Source of the DNA: Verrucomicrobiia bacterium
GTDB lineage: Bacteria; Verrucomicrobiota; Verrucomicrobiia; Limisphaerales; UBA1319
DNA length: 64,000 nucleotides
Assembly (NCBI GenBank): GCA_963664225.1
Contig: OY760937.1
Span: forward strand, 640,001-704,000
Direction of reading: 5' to 3'
A program made the position numbers and the translations under genes. Shown here one piece after another: positions 37,596 to 47,488 of the stretch; positions within the stretch are counted from its first letter, which is position 1; every line of letters begins with the position of its first letter. The notes under the pieces were generated by a model, which did no database searches, was not told the DNA's origin, and was given only the letters and a program-made list of their open reading frames with translations.

Positions 37596-37741
37596 AGATC
37601 GCGCGTTCAGTTCTTTGGGCCGACTATGTTCATTCGCCACCATATACTTCCATGTCGTTTTACATCCTTTTCGGCGTTCTGAAGATTCTTGTCCTGCACC
37701 CGGAGGGCATGTTTATGGACGGCCTGGCGTGGCATGTTAAC

Positions 37742-37777
37742 GGCAAGAGGTGGCTCGGCGGGAGCCTCGCCCTACCG
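37742..37777 (+). repeat. Solo copy of the 53-bp array unit
   Basis: GGCAAGAGGTGGCTCGGCGGGAGCCTCGCCCTACCG. Confidence 0.88.
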
Positions 37778-37879
37778 TTGTTTTCCAGAGCGCATGCGCG
37801 GCTTCAAACCGCTTGCTGGCAAAGATGCAACCCGGTATCGTGGCCCTCATGCACGCAACAACAACCTTGAATTGACATC

Positions 37880-40800
37880 ATGGTCACCATGCGACTCAGC
37901 AATTTGGTGTTCACCATGAGCGTTGCCGGCCTGTTGCTGGCCTGCGGTTCCTCCAAAGCGAAGGAAGTTTTTGAAGCGCCGCGAAATCTGCCTGTCGTCC
38001 ACGAGGTGGATGTGGTCGTGGTCGGAGGCAGTTCCGGCGGTGTCTCCGCCGCTGTGGAAGCGGCACGCAACGGAGCCCGGGTTTTTCTGGCGGCGCCGCG
38101 CACCTATCTGGGCGAGGACATTTGCAGCACCTATCAGCTCTGGCTCGAGCCCGGTGAATTGCCCGCGTCCGAACTGGCCCGGGAACTATTCAAACCGACG
38201 TCTTCAGTTATTCCACCGAGCGTGCCATTTACCTACACTGCCGACCTGTCATCGGCTGGCGTTCACAAAGATAACGTTCCGCCTTCGCTGCTCAGCGATG
38301 GGAAATGGAACAGTGCCGCCAGCGAGAGTGTTCAATACGACGGCAATGTTGTTTTGCAGGTCGATCTGGGGCGGGAGCAGAAGATCCAAAGAGTTCATGT
38401 GCTGGCGTATCAGCGGGACGATGAATTTGAAGTGGGCTCGATTCACGTTGCTGCAAGCAGCGATCAGAAGGAATGGCAACCGTTGGCGAAAATTGAAAAC
38501 GACCGGATTGGACAAGGATCCCATGAGGGGCTGGCTCTGGATCTCTCGGCGCCCACAATGACGCAAACGCGTTATTTGAGGTTGGATGTAAAAAAAGGGC
38601 CGCAAGCCAAACGGATTCTTCTGGGTGAAATCGTTGTCGAAGCACAACAGCCCGCCGGCCAATCCGTGGTTGCGTCCTCTGAGCCGCAAGTGGTCACGCC
38701 CATGCAGGTAAAACGGGTTTTGGACCAGGCGCTCATCCGGGCCAAAGTGCCGTTTCTGTTTTCCAGTTACGTCACCGATGTTCTGCGGGACCGCCAGGGC
38801 CAGCCCGCAGGAATCGTCATTGCCAACCGCTCCGGCAGGCAGGCTGTAATCGCGAAAGTGATTATCGATGCGACCGAGCAGGGCACCGTGGCGCGTCTGG
38901 CCAAGGCTCGTTTCACAGATTATCCCAGCGGCATGCAAATGTTTCGTTGGAACGTGGTCGGAGGTTTGCGCGCCACCAATGATAATCTGAGTGTGATTGC
39001 GCGCGATAAACCCATCATCGTTACCGACCGCAAAGGGGTGGGGCATCCGGTGACGGAATACCGGGTTCGGGTCCCGATGCAGAATGGCCGTTTCGCCTCT
39101 TATGCGGAGGCGGAGCAACTGGCGCGGGATATAACGTGGACCCAGGAACAGGTGGATGCGTCCGAAGTGCCGTTTCTGATTTCTCCCGATCACATTCGCA
39201 GTCAGCAGCCCCAGACTGGCGCATGGCCCGGAGCCGATCACCTTGCCATGAAAACGCTCCAACCGGAAAAGAACGACCGCCTCTTTGTGTTGGGCGGTTG
39301 CGCGGATCTTACCCGCGCCGCAGCGGCTGATTTGGTGGGACCATTGAATTTGATCCAGGTTGGGGCGCGTGTTGGCAAGGTCGCCGCCGTTCTGGCCCAA
39401 AAGATGCCTCAACCTGATGGCGCGCATTTGCCCGGCGCAAAGGCACCTGCCGAACTTGCGGGTGAAGCGCGCGAAATCGGCCCGGAGATGAGTCCCCGCG
39501 AGATTAACGCGCGCCGGATTCCTGCGGAACGCCAGGCCGTGCCCGTGCTCGGTGAATATGACGTGGTCGTGGTGGGAGGAGGGACGGGGGGGTCCCCGGC
39601 AGCCATCAGTGCGGGACGCCAGGGTTCACGGACGTTGTTACTCGAATACCTGCACACCCTGGGCGGAGTGGGCACCGCCGGGTATATCAGCAGTTATTAT
39701 TATGGAAATCGCGTGGGCTTTACGCAGGAGATGGAAGAGGGCATGGCTGCATTTAACGATCCGGAGACCCGCCGCAACGCGGGATGGAATCCAGATTGGA
39801 AATCAGAATGGTATCGCCGCGAGTTGCGCAAGGCCAGGGTCGATCTCTGGCTGGGCACGCTGGGCGTTGGGGCGTATGTCGAGAACGGACGGGTGCGCGG
39901 TGTGGTGGTCGTCACGCCCCAGGGCCGCGGCGTGGTGCTCGCCAAAATGGTGATTGATTCCACCGGTAACGCCGACATTGCCGCCGCAGCCGGAGCGCCC
40001 TGTCGTTACACGGATGATTCCGATATCGCAGTGCAGGGTGCGGGATTGCCTCCGCGCGAACTGGGAGGCCGCTACACCAATACGGACTACAACTTCGTGG
40101 ATGACACGGATATCGTCGATATCTGGCGCACGTTTGTCACGGCGCGGCAAAAGTTCGCTTCCGCCTACGATCTTGGGCAACTGGTGGACACCCGCGAGAG
40201 ACGGCAGGTGCTGGGCGAGTTTACGCTGAGCCCCATGGACATGATGCTGGGGCGCACGTTTCCTGACACCGTGGTCATCACCAAGAGTAATTTCGATTCG
40301 CACGGATATACGATTCATCCGATGTTTCTCATCCGTCCACCGGACCGAAAGGAAATGGCCGTGCGCGTTCCCTTCCGCTGTTTGATTCCCCGGGGACTGG
40401 ACCGCATCCTGGTCACCGGCCTGGGGGTGAGTGCCCACCGTGATGCGCTGCCGGTCATCCGCATGCAGGCGGATATCCAAAACCAGGGCTATGCCTGCGG
40501 AGTTGCCGCCTCGATGATCATTCGCAAAAACTGCGGTGTGCGGGAATTGGACCTGAAGGCATTGCAACAAAATCTGGTGGAGAAGGGGATTTTGCCGGAG
40601 TCCGTGCTCACCGAGATCGATTCGTTTCCGATGTCCCAGGAGCGACTGGCGAAGGCAGTGACGCAAGTGGCGCACGATTACGACGAGTTGGAAGTGCTGC
40701 TCACCAATCCCGAAGCGGCCAAGCCTCTCTTGCGGGCGGCACTGGCCGGCACTAATTCCGCGCCAGCGCAGCTTGTTTACGCTCATATCCTGGGCATGCT

Positions 40801-41350
40801 CGGCGATCCTTCCGGCTCACTGATATTAACCAAGGCCATCACCAGCGATTCCTGGGACACGGGATGGAACTACACCGGCATGGGCCAGTATGGGATGAGC
40901 CTGAGTCCGCTCGACAGCCTGCTCATTGCCTTGGGACGCAGCGGCGACAAGCAAGGGTTGGGCCCCATTCTTGCCAAGGTGGGCGAACTGCGCGCCGACA
41001 GCGAGTTTTCGCACTTTCGCGCGGTGGCCATGGCCTTGGAATCGCTGGGCGATCCCGCCGCCGCCAAACCATTGGCCGCGCTGCTGCAAAAGCCTGGCAT
41101 CTCAGGACATGCCGTGACCAATATTGAAGCGGCCCTGCGTGATAATCCTGCCAGCGGCACCGATACGACCACTCGAAATCGGGCGCTCACGGAGTTGATT
41201 CTGGCCCGCGCTCTGTATCGCTGCGGCGACGAACAGGGATTGGGTGAACAAATTCTCAAGCAATTTGCCTTGGACCTGCATGGTCATTATGCACGCCACG
41301 CCCAGGCCGTTCTCAATAGAGGTCCATATATCCTGTTGAAGCCGGAGTAA
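37880..41350 (+). CDS. Large exported FAD-dependent oxidoreductase (two FAD domains, discoidin/CBM32 insert, HEAT-like tail)
   Basis: Two dinucleotide-binding motifs (DVVVVGGSSGG, DVVVVGGGTGG), two ID(A/S)T motifs, F5/8C-like 'LLSDGKW...VDLG...TRYLRL'; possible lipobox LLAC. Confidence 0.85.
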   Translation: MVTMRLSNLVFTMSVAGLLLACGSSKAKEVFEAPRNLPVVHEVDVVVVGGSSGGVSAAVEAARNGARVFLAAPRTYLGEDICSTYQLWLEPGELPASELARELFKPTSSVIPPSVPFTYTADLSSAGVHKDNVPPSLLSDGKWNSAASESVQYDGNVVLQVDLGREQKIQRVHVLAYQRDDEFEVGSIHVAASSDQKEWQPLAKIENDRIGQGSHEGLALDLSAPTMTQTRYLRLDVKKGPQAKRILLGEIVVEAQQPAGQSVVASSEPQVVTPMQVKRVLDQALIRAKVPFLFSSYVTDVLRDRQGQPAGIVIANRSGRQAVIAKVIIDATEQGTVARLAKARFTDYPSGMQMFRWNVVGGLRATNDNLSVIARDKPIIVTDRKGVGHPVTEYRVRVPMQNGRFASYAEAEQLARDITWTQEQVDASEVPFLISPDHIRSQQPQTGAWPGADHLAMKTLQPEKNDRLFVLGGCADLTRAAAADLVGPLNLIQVGARVGKVAAVLAQKMPQPDGAHLPGAKAPAELAGEAREIGPEMSPREINARRIPAERQAVPVLGEYDVVVVGGGTGGSPAAISAGRQGSRTLLLEYLHTLGGVGTAGYISSYYYGNRVGFTQEMEEGMAAFNDPETRRNAGWNPDWKSEWYRRELRKARVDLWLGTLGVGAYVENGRVRGVVVVTPQGRGVVLAKMVIDSTGNADIAAAAGAPCRYTDDSDIAVQGAGLPPRELGGRYTNTDYNFVDDTDIVDIWRTFVTARQKFASAYDLGQLVDTRERRQVLGEFTLSPMDMMLGRTFPDTVVITKSNFDSHGYTIHPMFLIRPPDRKEMAVRVPFRCLIPRGLDRILVTGLGVSAHRDALPVIRMQADIQNQGYACGVAASMIIRKNCGVRELDLKALQQNLVEKGILPESVLTEIDSFPMSQERLAKAVTQVAHDYDELEVLLTNPEAAKPLLRAALAGTNSAPAQLVYAHILGMLGDPSGSLILTKAITSDSWDTGWNYTGMGQYGMSLSPLDSLLIALGRSGDKQGLGPILAKVGELRADSEFSHFRAVAMALESLGDPAAAKPLAALLQKPGISGHAVTNIEAALRDNPASGTDTTTRNRALTELILARALYRCGDEQGLGEQILKQFALDLHGHYARHAQAVLNRGPYILLKPE

Positions 41351-41405
41351 ATGGGAAGTGAAGAGACAGGATGAACGGGATAAACAGGATGGATTGGAGC
41401 GATGG

Positions 41406-42254
41406 TCAGTGAATCGAGGCGGCCTGGGATTTAAAGTATTCGGTGTAATTCAATGCCTCTTTCGGGAGCAAGTGCAAACCATCCGTCGTCCGATATTCGC
41501 TGCAATCCGGGAGCGCGATATATTTATATTTTGTGGCGGGAAAATAGCGGTAAAACGTTTCGCGAATTATTTTTGGTTTTGGCAAATTGCACAGCCTCGC
41601 ATGGATCGGCATTTCAAAGAACACGACCTGGACGCCTTTTGATTCCAGCTCATTCACACGCCTCCGGATGCTTTCAAAGCGCGAGACAAGCAATTCATCG
41701 GCGGGATTTTCCGAAAACTGTTCGATTTGGCGCGCCAAAATTGTTTCAAAGAACGCGGGATCGAGGACAGTGTCAGCGGCGCCGGACGGCCTCGAGGATT
41801 TTATTTGTTCGAGGAATTTGCGGAATATTCCAGCCGGCTGGTTTTCAGCCCGCAGAGAAGGGAAAACGCGGCGGCAGTCATAAAGGATGGGCGAAAACAA
41901 GGCAGAGGCAAAACCAGAGGACTCTGCCCGCAAAGGCATGTTCATCTCCACATAAACATTCTTTGGCAGAGTTCTGGCGTGAGTGAGGATGCTCAAACCG
42001 TCGTGAATGCTTAAGCCGCCAAAGGAAAGGTTATAGAATCCGGGGAGATTGGTGTTGACCAGGCGGAACGACAGGGAAGATCCCACGATCACATTCTGAA
42101 TGGGATCGCCTTCATGATAAAGCAAGGTTTGCGCCTTGATGACATTGGCCTGCCATTGGTTTTGAGCGGCGTATTCAGGATGCGGGGAGCCTCGAAATAA
42201 AACGGCGTGCAACAAAAGGAACACCAGAGCGGCAATCAGGGCTTTCTTGATCAT
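41406..42254 (-). CDS. SGNH-like periplasmic partner of MBOAT (AlgJ/DltD-like)
   Basis: N-terminal anchor; IVGSS, NLSFGG and DGLH blocks; downstream of the MBOAT gene. Confidence 0.6.
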   Translation of the reverse strand: MIKKALIAALVFLLLHAVLFRGSPHPEYAAQNQWQANVIKAQTLLYHEGDPIQNVIVGSSLSFRLVNTNLPGFYNLSFGGLSIHDGLSILTHARTLPKNVYVEMNMPLRAESSGFASALFSPILYDCRRVFPSLRAENQPAGIFRKFLEQIKSSRPSGAADTVLDPAFFETILARQIEQFSENPADELLVSRFESIRRRVNELESKGVQVVFFEMPIHARLCNLPKPKIIRETFYRYFPATKYKYIALPDCSEYRTTDGLHLLPKEALNYTEYFKSQAASIH

Positions 42255-42266
42255 GGTGTAAGGCTC

Positions 42267-43670
42267 TTAGAATTGAAAATAAATAAAGGTCCCCGGCGAC
42301 CCGCTGTTGGTGACGATCATAAAGATCATGAATCCGTATGCCACGTAATCCAGGTCCCGGAACTTCTGAAAGCCTCCTCGCTGTTTAATCAGGTAAAGGG
42401 CATGGTAAGCCACCACGGGAAACGAATAGATCAGCAAATACATGTTGAGGCCGGCGTCCAATCCGCCGCGATTGGCGACAATGGCTTTCATGTATCCGAT
42501 GACGTGGTGGAACTCAGGCAGTTTGAACAAGAGCCATCCGAGGGTGACGAAGGAAAAAACCATGAGACCCTTGAGAATCATGAGACATCGGTTGTTGCCA
42601 ATGGTGATTCGTTTGCCCAAAAACCTTTCCACAGCCAATGCCAATCCATGAAACCCTCCCCAGACCGCATAGCTCCAGGCCGCTCCGTGCCACAACCCTC
42701 CCAGAAACATCGTAATCATCAAATTAATATACGTTCTCGCGCGGCCTTTGCGGTTACCGCCCAGCGGAATATAAAGGTATTCCATGAGAAAAGTGGACAA
42801 GGAGATGTGCCAGCGTTTCCAAAAATCCTTAAAGGAAGTCGCGATGTAAGGGAAATTAAAGTTGTCCTTGAAGTGGTATCCAAACAACCCTGCCAATCCG
42901 ATTGCAATCAGGGAGTAGCCGGCAAAATCCGCAAAAATCTGGCAGGAATAGCCAAAGAGCATGTTCACCAAGGTCAGAGTGGAGCTGGCTTCGAAATACG
43001 GAAACGCAATCCCAATGGTGTGTTCCTTGAGGTTATCGGCGACCACCATTTTAAGAAAATATCCAAGGACCAGGGACTTGAAACAGCTTTTCCACTTAAT
43101 ATCTTTAAGGGTTTTGACACCAATCTGGGGCAGGAACTCGTGCGCCTTGACAATGGGCCCCGAGATGAGCTGCGGGAAAAATCCTTTGAACAACATGATC
43201 TGTTTTGCATGCTCCACGAACGAGATGGGGACAACGTCTTTGCCCTTGAGATGCTTCTCTTTGAAGACGTCAATGACCAGACTGATGCCTTGAAAAGTGA
43301 AAAACGAGATGCCAATGGGCAATGGAATGGTGACCAGGAATTCCCCGATGGAGCTGGTTTCTTTAAAGAAGGTTCTGGCAAAGAGAGGGCCGTATTTGAA
43401 AAACGACAACACCGCCAGATTTAGGAGGACGCCCAAAGATGCAAAGATCCTCCTGTGCTCGACAGGACCATGGACGATGTAGTAGCTGGATATGATGTTT
43501 ATTCCCACCGAGAATAGCAGCAACAGCACCAAAACCGGCTGGTTATAGGCATAAAAGACCAGGCTCGATACAATAAGAACGGGAATCTGAAGCTTTACCA
43601 GTTGTGGCAGGTAATATGCGACCCATGTGACGATCAATAATGCAATAAATGCGAAGCTGTTAAATAACAT
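42267..43670 (-). CDS. MBOAT O-acyltransferase (AlgI/DltB family)
   Basis: MLFNS, PIGISFFTFQ, FPQLISGPI, DFAGYS, FWKRWHISLS and GLWHGA motifs. Confidence 0.93.
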   Translation of the reverse strand: MLFNSFAFIALLIVTWVAYYLPQLVKLQIPVLIVSSLVFYAYNQPVLVLLLLFSVGINIISSYYIVHGPVEHRRIFASLGVLLNLAVLSFFKYGPLFARTFFKETSSIGEFLVTIPLPIGISFFTFQGISLVIDVFKEKHLKGKDVVPISFVEHAKQIMLFKGFFPQLISGPIVKAHEFLPQIGVKTLKDIKWKSCFKSLVLGYFLKMVVADNLKEHTIGIAFPYFEASSTLTLVNMLFGYSCQIFADFAGYSLIAIGLAGLFGYHFKDNFNFPYIATSFKDFWKRWHISLSTFLMEYLYIPLGGNRKGRARTYINLMITMFLGGLWHGAAWSYAVWGGFHGLALAVERFLGKRITIGNNRCLMILKGLMVFSFVTLGWLLFKLPEFHHVIGYMKAIVANRGGLDAGLNMYLLIYSFPVVAYHALYLIKQRGGFQKFRDLDYVAYGFMIFMIVTNSGSPGTFIYFQF

Positions 43671-44137
43671 GCGGATCGTTGGTTGCCTTATTGGACGTCA
43701 AGAGGAGCCATGTCGTTGTCTTGATGACGCGTGATCCGCTGGCAAGGTTTTGTGGTTAATCCTTTGCGGCGATCTGAGCGTGTCGGAAAATTCAACATTT
43801 ACGATTATTTTTATGCATGGACGGGAGTTGACAAGTTAAAATGATCAAAATGAGAATGGATGGAGCGCATTCTCCGGGGAGGATTCAAGGGATGAGTCGA
43901 TTTTCGGCCGATTTCCGGGGTATTTGAGACCGTGATCAACGTGAAGGCAAAGAAACGTGGATTGTCGTGCGCTTGAAACTGTTGGCTTCAATATTTTTCG
44001 ATATCGATAATAAAGAGGTGATTTAACATAGATCTGAAAACATCCGAATGTTCGCATTGCTCTGATATCCCAGGTGAGAACGGGATCTTCCGCGAAAGCC
44101 ATTTAAGTAAACGCGCCGTTTGCCGATAACATCTGGG

Positions 44138-44968
44138 ATGTCTGTAAAGAAAATGCTCGAGCGTGGAATCCTAGTCCTCCTGGCGATGTGCCTGTGGGGC
44201 ATGCCGGGCGCATTTGCCGACGAATGTCAGGAAAACGCGACGGCGTACACCACGGGTTCGGATGCGATGGTCAGGTTGGGGATTACGCTGCAACAAAATC
44301 TGCCTCCCGAGTATCGATCTCAAGTGAATATCCAACCCGTGAATATCACCCCGGATGTCATCCCAATTGTCAGACTGGATGAGGTGGTCAATCCGAACAC
44401 AGCCCAGAGGATGGCTTGTGTGCATGTGTCGAGCGGATTTGTGGATCTAGTCAACAATGTGGCGCACGCAAAGGCAATCGACAGAATTGAAAGGGGCTAT
44501 TTCAAAGATTACATTTTGAGCCTGTCCAGGGAGAACGGGGACAGGCCTCTTCAGCCTCTTCCGAGGATATCCGATCCCCGATTCTGGACGGATCGGATGA
44601 TGAACGAACAGCAGAGCAATTTCAATCAGATCGTGGGCGGTGTCATTGGCTCCAAGCTGGCGCTTTATTACCTGGGGCATTATCAAAAACACAGGGGTCA
44701 ACTGCAATTGGGCGAGAGGAATGGTAAGCCTTTGCCGATCAATACGGTTTTGACGCTTGATGATTGGGATGACGCCCTGCAGCACGGTGTCAACAACGCG
44801 TTAAGCTGCGGCTATGGAGTGGAGGGGATAAAGGCTTTTTTCGAGTGCATTGGAAAGATGCCGTCACGCCCCGGATGGACGCTTTACTTTTTGCCGGCGG
44901 CTGTTAATGTCGCGAAAGCAAATAAGGAAATGGAGAAGCTGGAGAAGAAGTTTTTCGGTCACAGTTAG
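44138..44968 (+). CDS. Exported protein with degenerate M48 peptidase-like fold
   Basis: Signal peptide; 'VHVSSGFVDL', 'GVIGSKLALYYLGH' and 'GYGVEGIKAFFE' echo M48 blocks, but HExxH is absent. Confidence 0.6.
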   Translation: MSVKKMLERGILVLLAMCLWGMPGAFADECQENATAYTTGSDAMVRLGITLQQNLPPEYRSQVNIQPVNITPDVIPIVRLDEVVNPNTAQRMACVHVSSGFVDLVNNVAHAKAIDRIERGYFKDYILSLSRENGDRPLQPLPRISDPRFWTDRMMNEQQSNFNQIVGGVIGSKLALYYLGHYQKHRGQLQLGERNGKPLPINTVLTLDDWDDALQHGVNNALSCGYGVEGIKAFFECIGKMPSRPGWTLYFLPAAVNVAKANKEMEKLEKKFFGHS

Positions 44969-45070
44969 TTTTTCCGTTTCCGCGGTGCGGCCCGGCTTCC
45001 GCAGCCAGGAACCGCTTATATTCGGTCGGTTTAATTCTGTTTCTGCTAATTGGCAGAGGTATCATCACCT

Positions 45071-47359
45071 ATGAAAATGATAACGCGCGTGATCGGGATT
45101 CTGGCCACGGTGGGATTTGCCGCGAGCCTGTGTGGCGCTCAAATTAGTCTGGCGCCTGCTGTTTTAACCAATGACTTCACCGGGTCCATAAAGATGGACA
45201 TCACAGATTTGAATGTGGGAGAATCGGTGGTGGTGGAGCGGTTCATCGATTTCAACGGGAACGGGGTGGTCGATGCGGAGGACGTCCCGCTCCAAAGTTT
45301 TTCGCTGGCCGACGATGTCGCGCCTTCCATTGGGGGCGTGCGCAATCCCAACCTTCCGGGCGATGAGGACGGCGGGATTCCAAGACAGATTCGCTCCGTG
45401 ATGAATATGCGGCTTTCGGAGCTGGATTTCATGAGCGGAACCTTTCTAATGCGGCTCTCCAGCCCCACCCATGCGTTTTTACCGGTGGCGCAACCATTGA
45501 CCGTATTTTCCCGGCCGGCCGGCCAACTCATTGTCGGCAATGTGATGACGAGCGGAGGCGTGCTCTCATCCAACGCATGGATCATCGCGCAGGATCCAAA
45601 CACGGGAGAATTGATTGCCGGCGCGCCCGCAGGTTCCACGGGCGGTTTTTTGCTCAAGGCGCCCGCCGGAGTCTGGCGACTGCTGGCGCTGAAGGCGGGT
45701 TACGTGGCGCAAACGCCGCCAATGGTGGCGCTACAGGCGGTATCGGTCGTGACGACCAATCTGGTGTTGACGCCAGGCTCGGTCAAAGTTTCGGGAGTGT
45801 TGCATGAAAAGGGAACGAATACCGGCCTGCCCGCGGTTTCCATGATGCTCCGTTCCGACACCGGCGCGCAGACTGTGGCCTATACCGATGCGGACGGACA
45901 TTTCGAATGCTCCGTGACCCCGGGGCAGTGGACCATCACGCCGAATCTCAAATCGCTCACTGTGCTCGGGTATGTGGGTTCCAGCGAGGCATGGAAGTTC
46001 GATGGCACAACAGGGGATGTGACCAATCTGGATTATGCGCTGCCGAGAGTCACCGCATTGTTGTATGGACGGGTGAAGAATACGATCAACCGCAACATCG
46101 CCGACCTGGAACTGGTGGCTGATACGACCAATTCATTGGCTGCCGCCGTGGCCTACACGGATCCCTATGGGACATTCTTCCTCGGGTTGGCCGAAGGGGC
46201 GTGGTACATTGCACCATACGAAGTGGACATGAGCGAGAGGGGGTTATTTGGGGCGGGGCAGACGGTCACTTTGGCGAGCGGCGAGGCGCAGGTGCTCAAT
46301 CTGACGTTCACGCAGGGTGGATCTCATATTCGCGGGCAGGTGATGGACGGGAATGGGGATCCGGTGAGCGGCCTGAAAGTGGAGGGTTGGAATTTTGGCG
46401 ATGCAACGGCGCATGCGTACACGGACATCGAAGGGGCTTTTGATCTTCATGTCAAGGCCGGGCAGTGGTTTGTCAGCGTTGCCGACACCGGGGCATCCTT
46501 AGATGAACTGGCGGCGGATGGCGCTCTGGTCCAAGTGGCCGATGGGGATGATTTCGGAGGGATCCTTTTGACAGCCGTTCCCGTTATCGGGCATTTGACG
46601 GGTCGATTTGTCGATTCATTGGGCGGCGCGATCACCAATATGCCGTTTGTGGCGACCAATGGATTGGGAATGTTCCTCCTCCAGATTCCGGGGGCGGATG
46701 GAGAATTCGATTTTGCGGTGTCTTCAGGCCATTGGACCGTGCAGCTTGAAACGTCCGGCGCCCTGGCCGGCGGTTTGCTCTCGCCCCAGTTGATTTGGGC
46801 CATAACCAATGCGGATGGCGTTTCCAACGTGGTTTGTGTGGCGCAGAAAACGACGACCACGCTTTCGATCACTGTGGTGGCGGATGGTCAAACGCCGGTT
46901 GCGGCCCTGCCGGTGTTCGCGGATGCGGACGTCAGCGGCACCAATTACCATCAGGAGATTCTAACGGGAGCGGACGGGTCGGCCACGGTGTCCGTTTTCG
47001 ATGGGGTGTGGGATGTGACTTTATTGGCGACTGCGCTTGAGCAGTTGAACTATAAACCGGCTCCGGCTCAGGAGGTCACCATCAACGGCGGGCCGGGCAC
47101 AGTCAGTTTCGCGCTAAAAACGCAGGGCCCCACCATCTCACCAAGCCTCATATCCCTTGGTTTTCAAACCCTGGGCTACGAAATGGCCATCGCCGGCGAA
47201 CCCCATAGAACATACCGGATCGATGGTTCGACCAATCTGACAGAGTGGTTCGAAGTGGGCCGTGTTCTTACGACAAACGATCAAGTCATCAGCCATTTCG
47301 TCGATTCGACGGCAGACTTCCAAGGCCAGAAGTTCTATCGCATCGTGGTTGAAAAATGA
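45071..47359 (+). CDS. Secreted protein with repeated carboxypeptidase-regulatory-like (prealbumin-fold) domains and a C-terminal sorting-like domain
   Basis: Signal peptide; repeated I-x-G-x-V...YTD.DG.F...G.W units; C-terminus YRIDGSTNLTEW...FVD...KFYRIV. Confidence 0.8.
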   Translation: MKMITRVIGILATVGFAASLCGAQISLAPAVLTNDFTGSIKMDITDLNVGESVVVERFIDFNGNGVVDAEDVPLQSFSLADDVAPSIGGVRNPNLPGDEDGGIPRQIRSVMNMRLSELDFMSGTFLMRLSSPTHAFLPVAQPLTVFSRPAGQLIVGNVMTSGGVLSSNAWIIAQDPNTGELIAGAPAGSTGGFLLKAPAGVWRLLALKAGYVAQTPPMVALQAVSVVTTNLVLTPGSVKVSGVLHEKGTNTGLPAVSMMLRSDTGAQTVAYTDADGHFECSVTPGQWTITPNLKSLTVLGYVGSSEAWKFDGTTGDVTNLDYALPRVTALLYGRVKNTINRNIADLELVADTTNSLAAAVAYTDPYGTFFLGLAEGAWYIAPYEVDMSERGLFGAGQTVTLASGEAQVLNLTFTQGGSHIRGQVMDGNGDPVSGLKVEGWNFGDATAHAYTDIEGAFDLHVKAGQWFVSVADTGASLDELAADGALVQVADGDDFGGILLTAVPVIGHLTGRFVDSLGGAITNMPFVATNGLGMFLLQIPGADGEFDFAVSSGHWTVQLETSGALAGGLLSPQLIWAITNADGVSNVVCVAQKTTTTLSITVVADGQTPVAALPVFADADVSGTNYHQEILTGADGSATVSVFDGVWDVTLLATALEQLNYKPAPAQEVTINGGPGTVSFALKTQGPTISPSLISLGFQTLGYEMAIAGEPHRTYRIDGSTNLTEWFEVGRVLTTNDQVISHFVDSTADFQGQKFYRIVVEK

Positions 47360-47488
47360 CGCGTCGATTTCATTAATCCTTTTGGCGAACCGCAGTCAAG
47401 GCGCTGGTAAAACAGCGCCTTCGCTGTCTGGTTGAATTGGGGTGGGGAAGACCTCCAAGTCGTCTGTGTGGCCGAAATTGGCGCAAAA

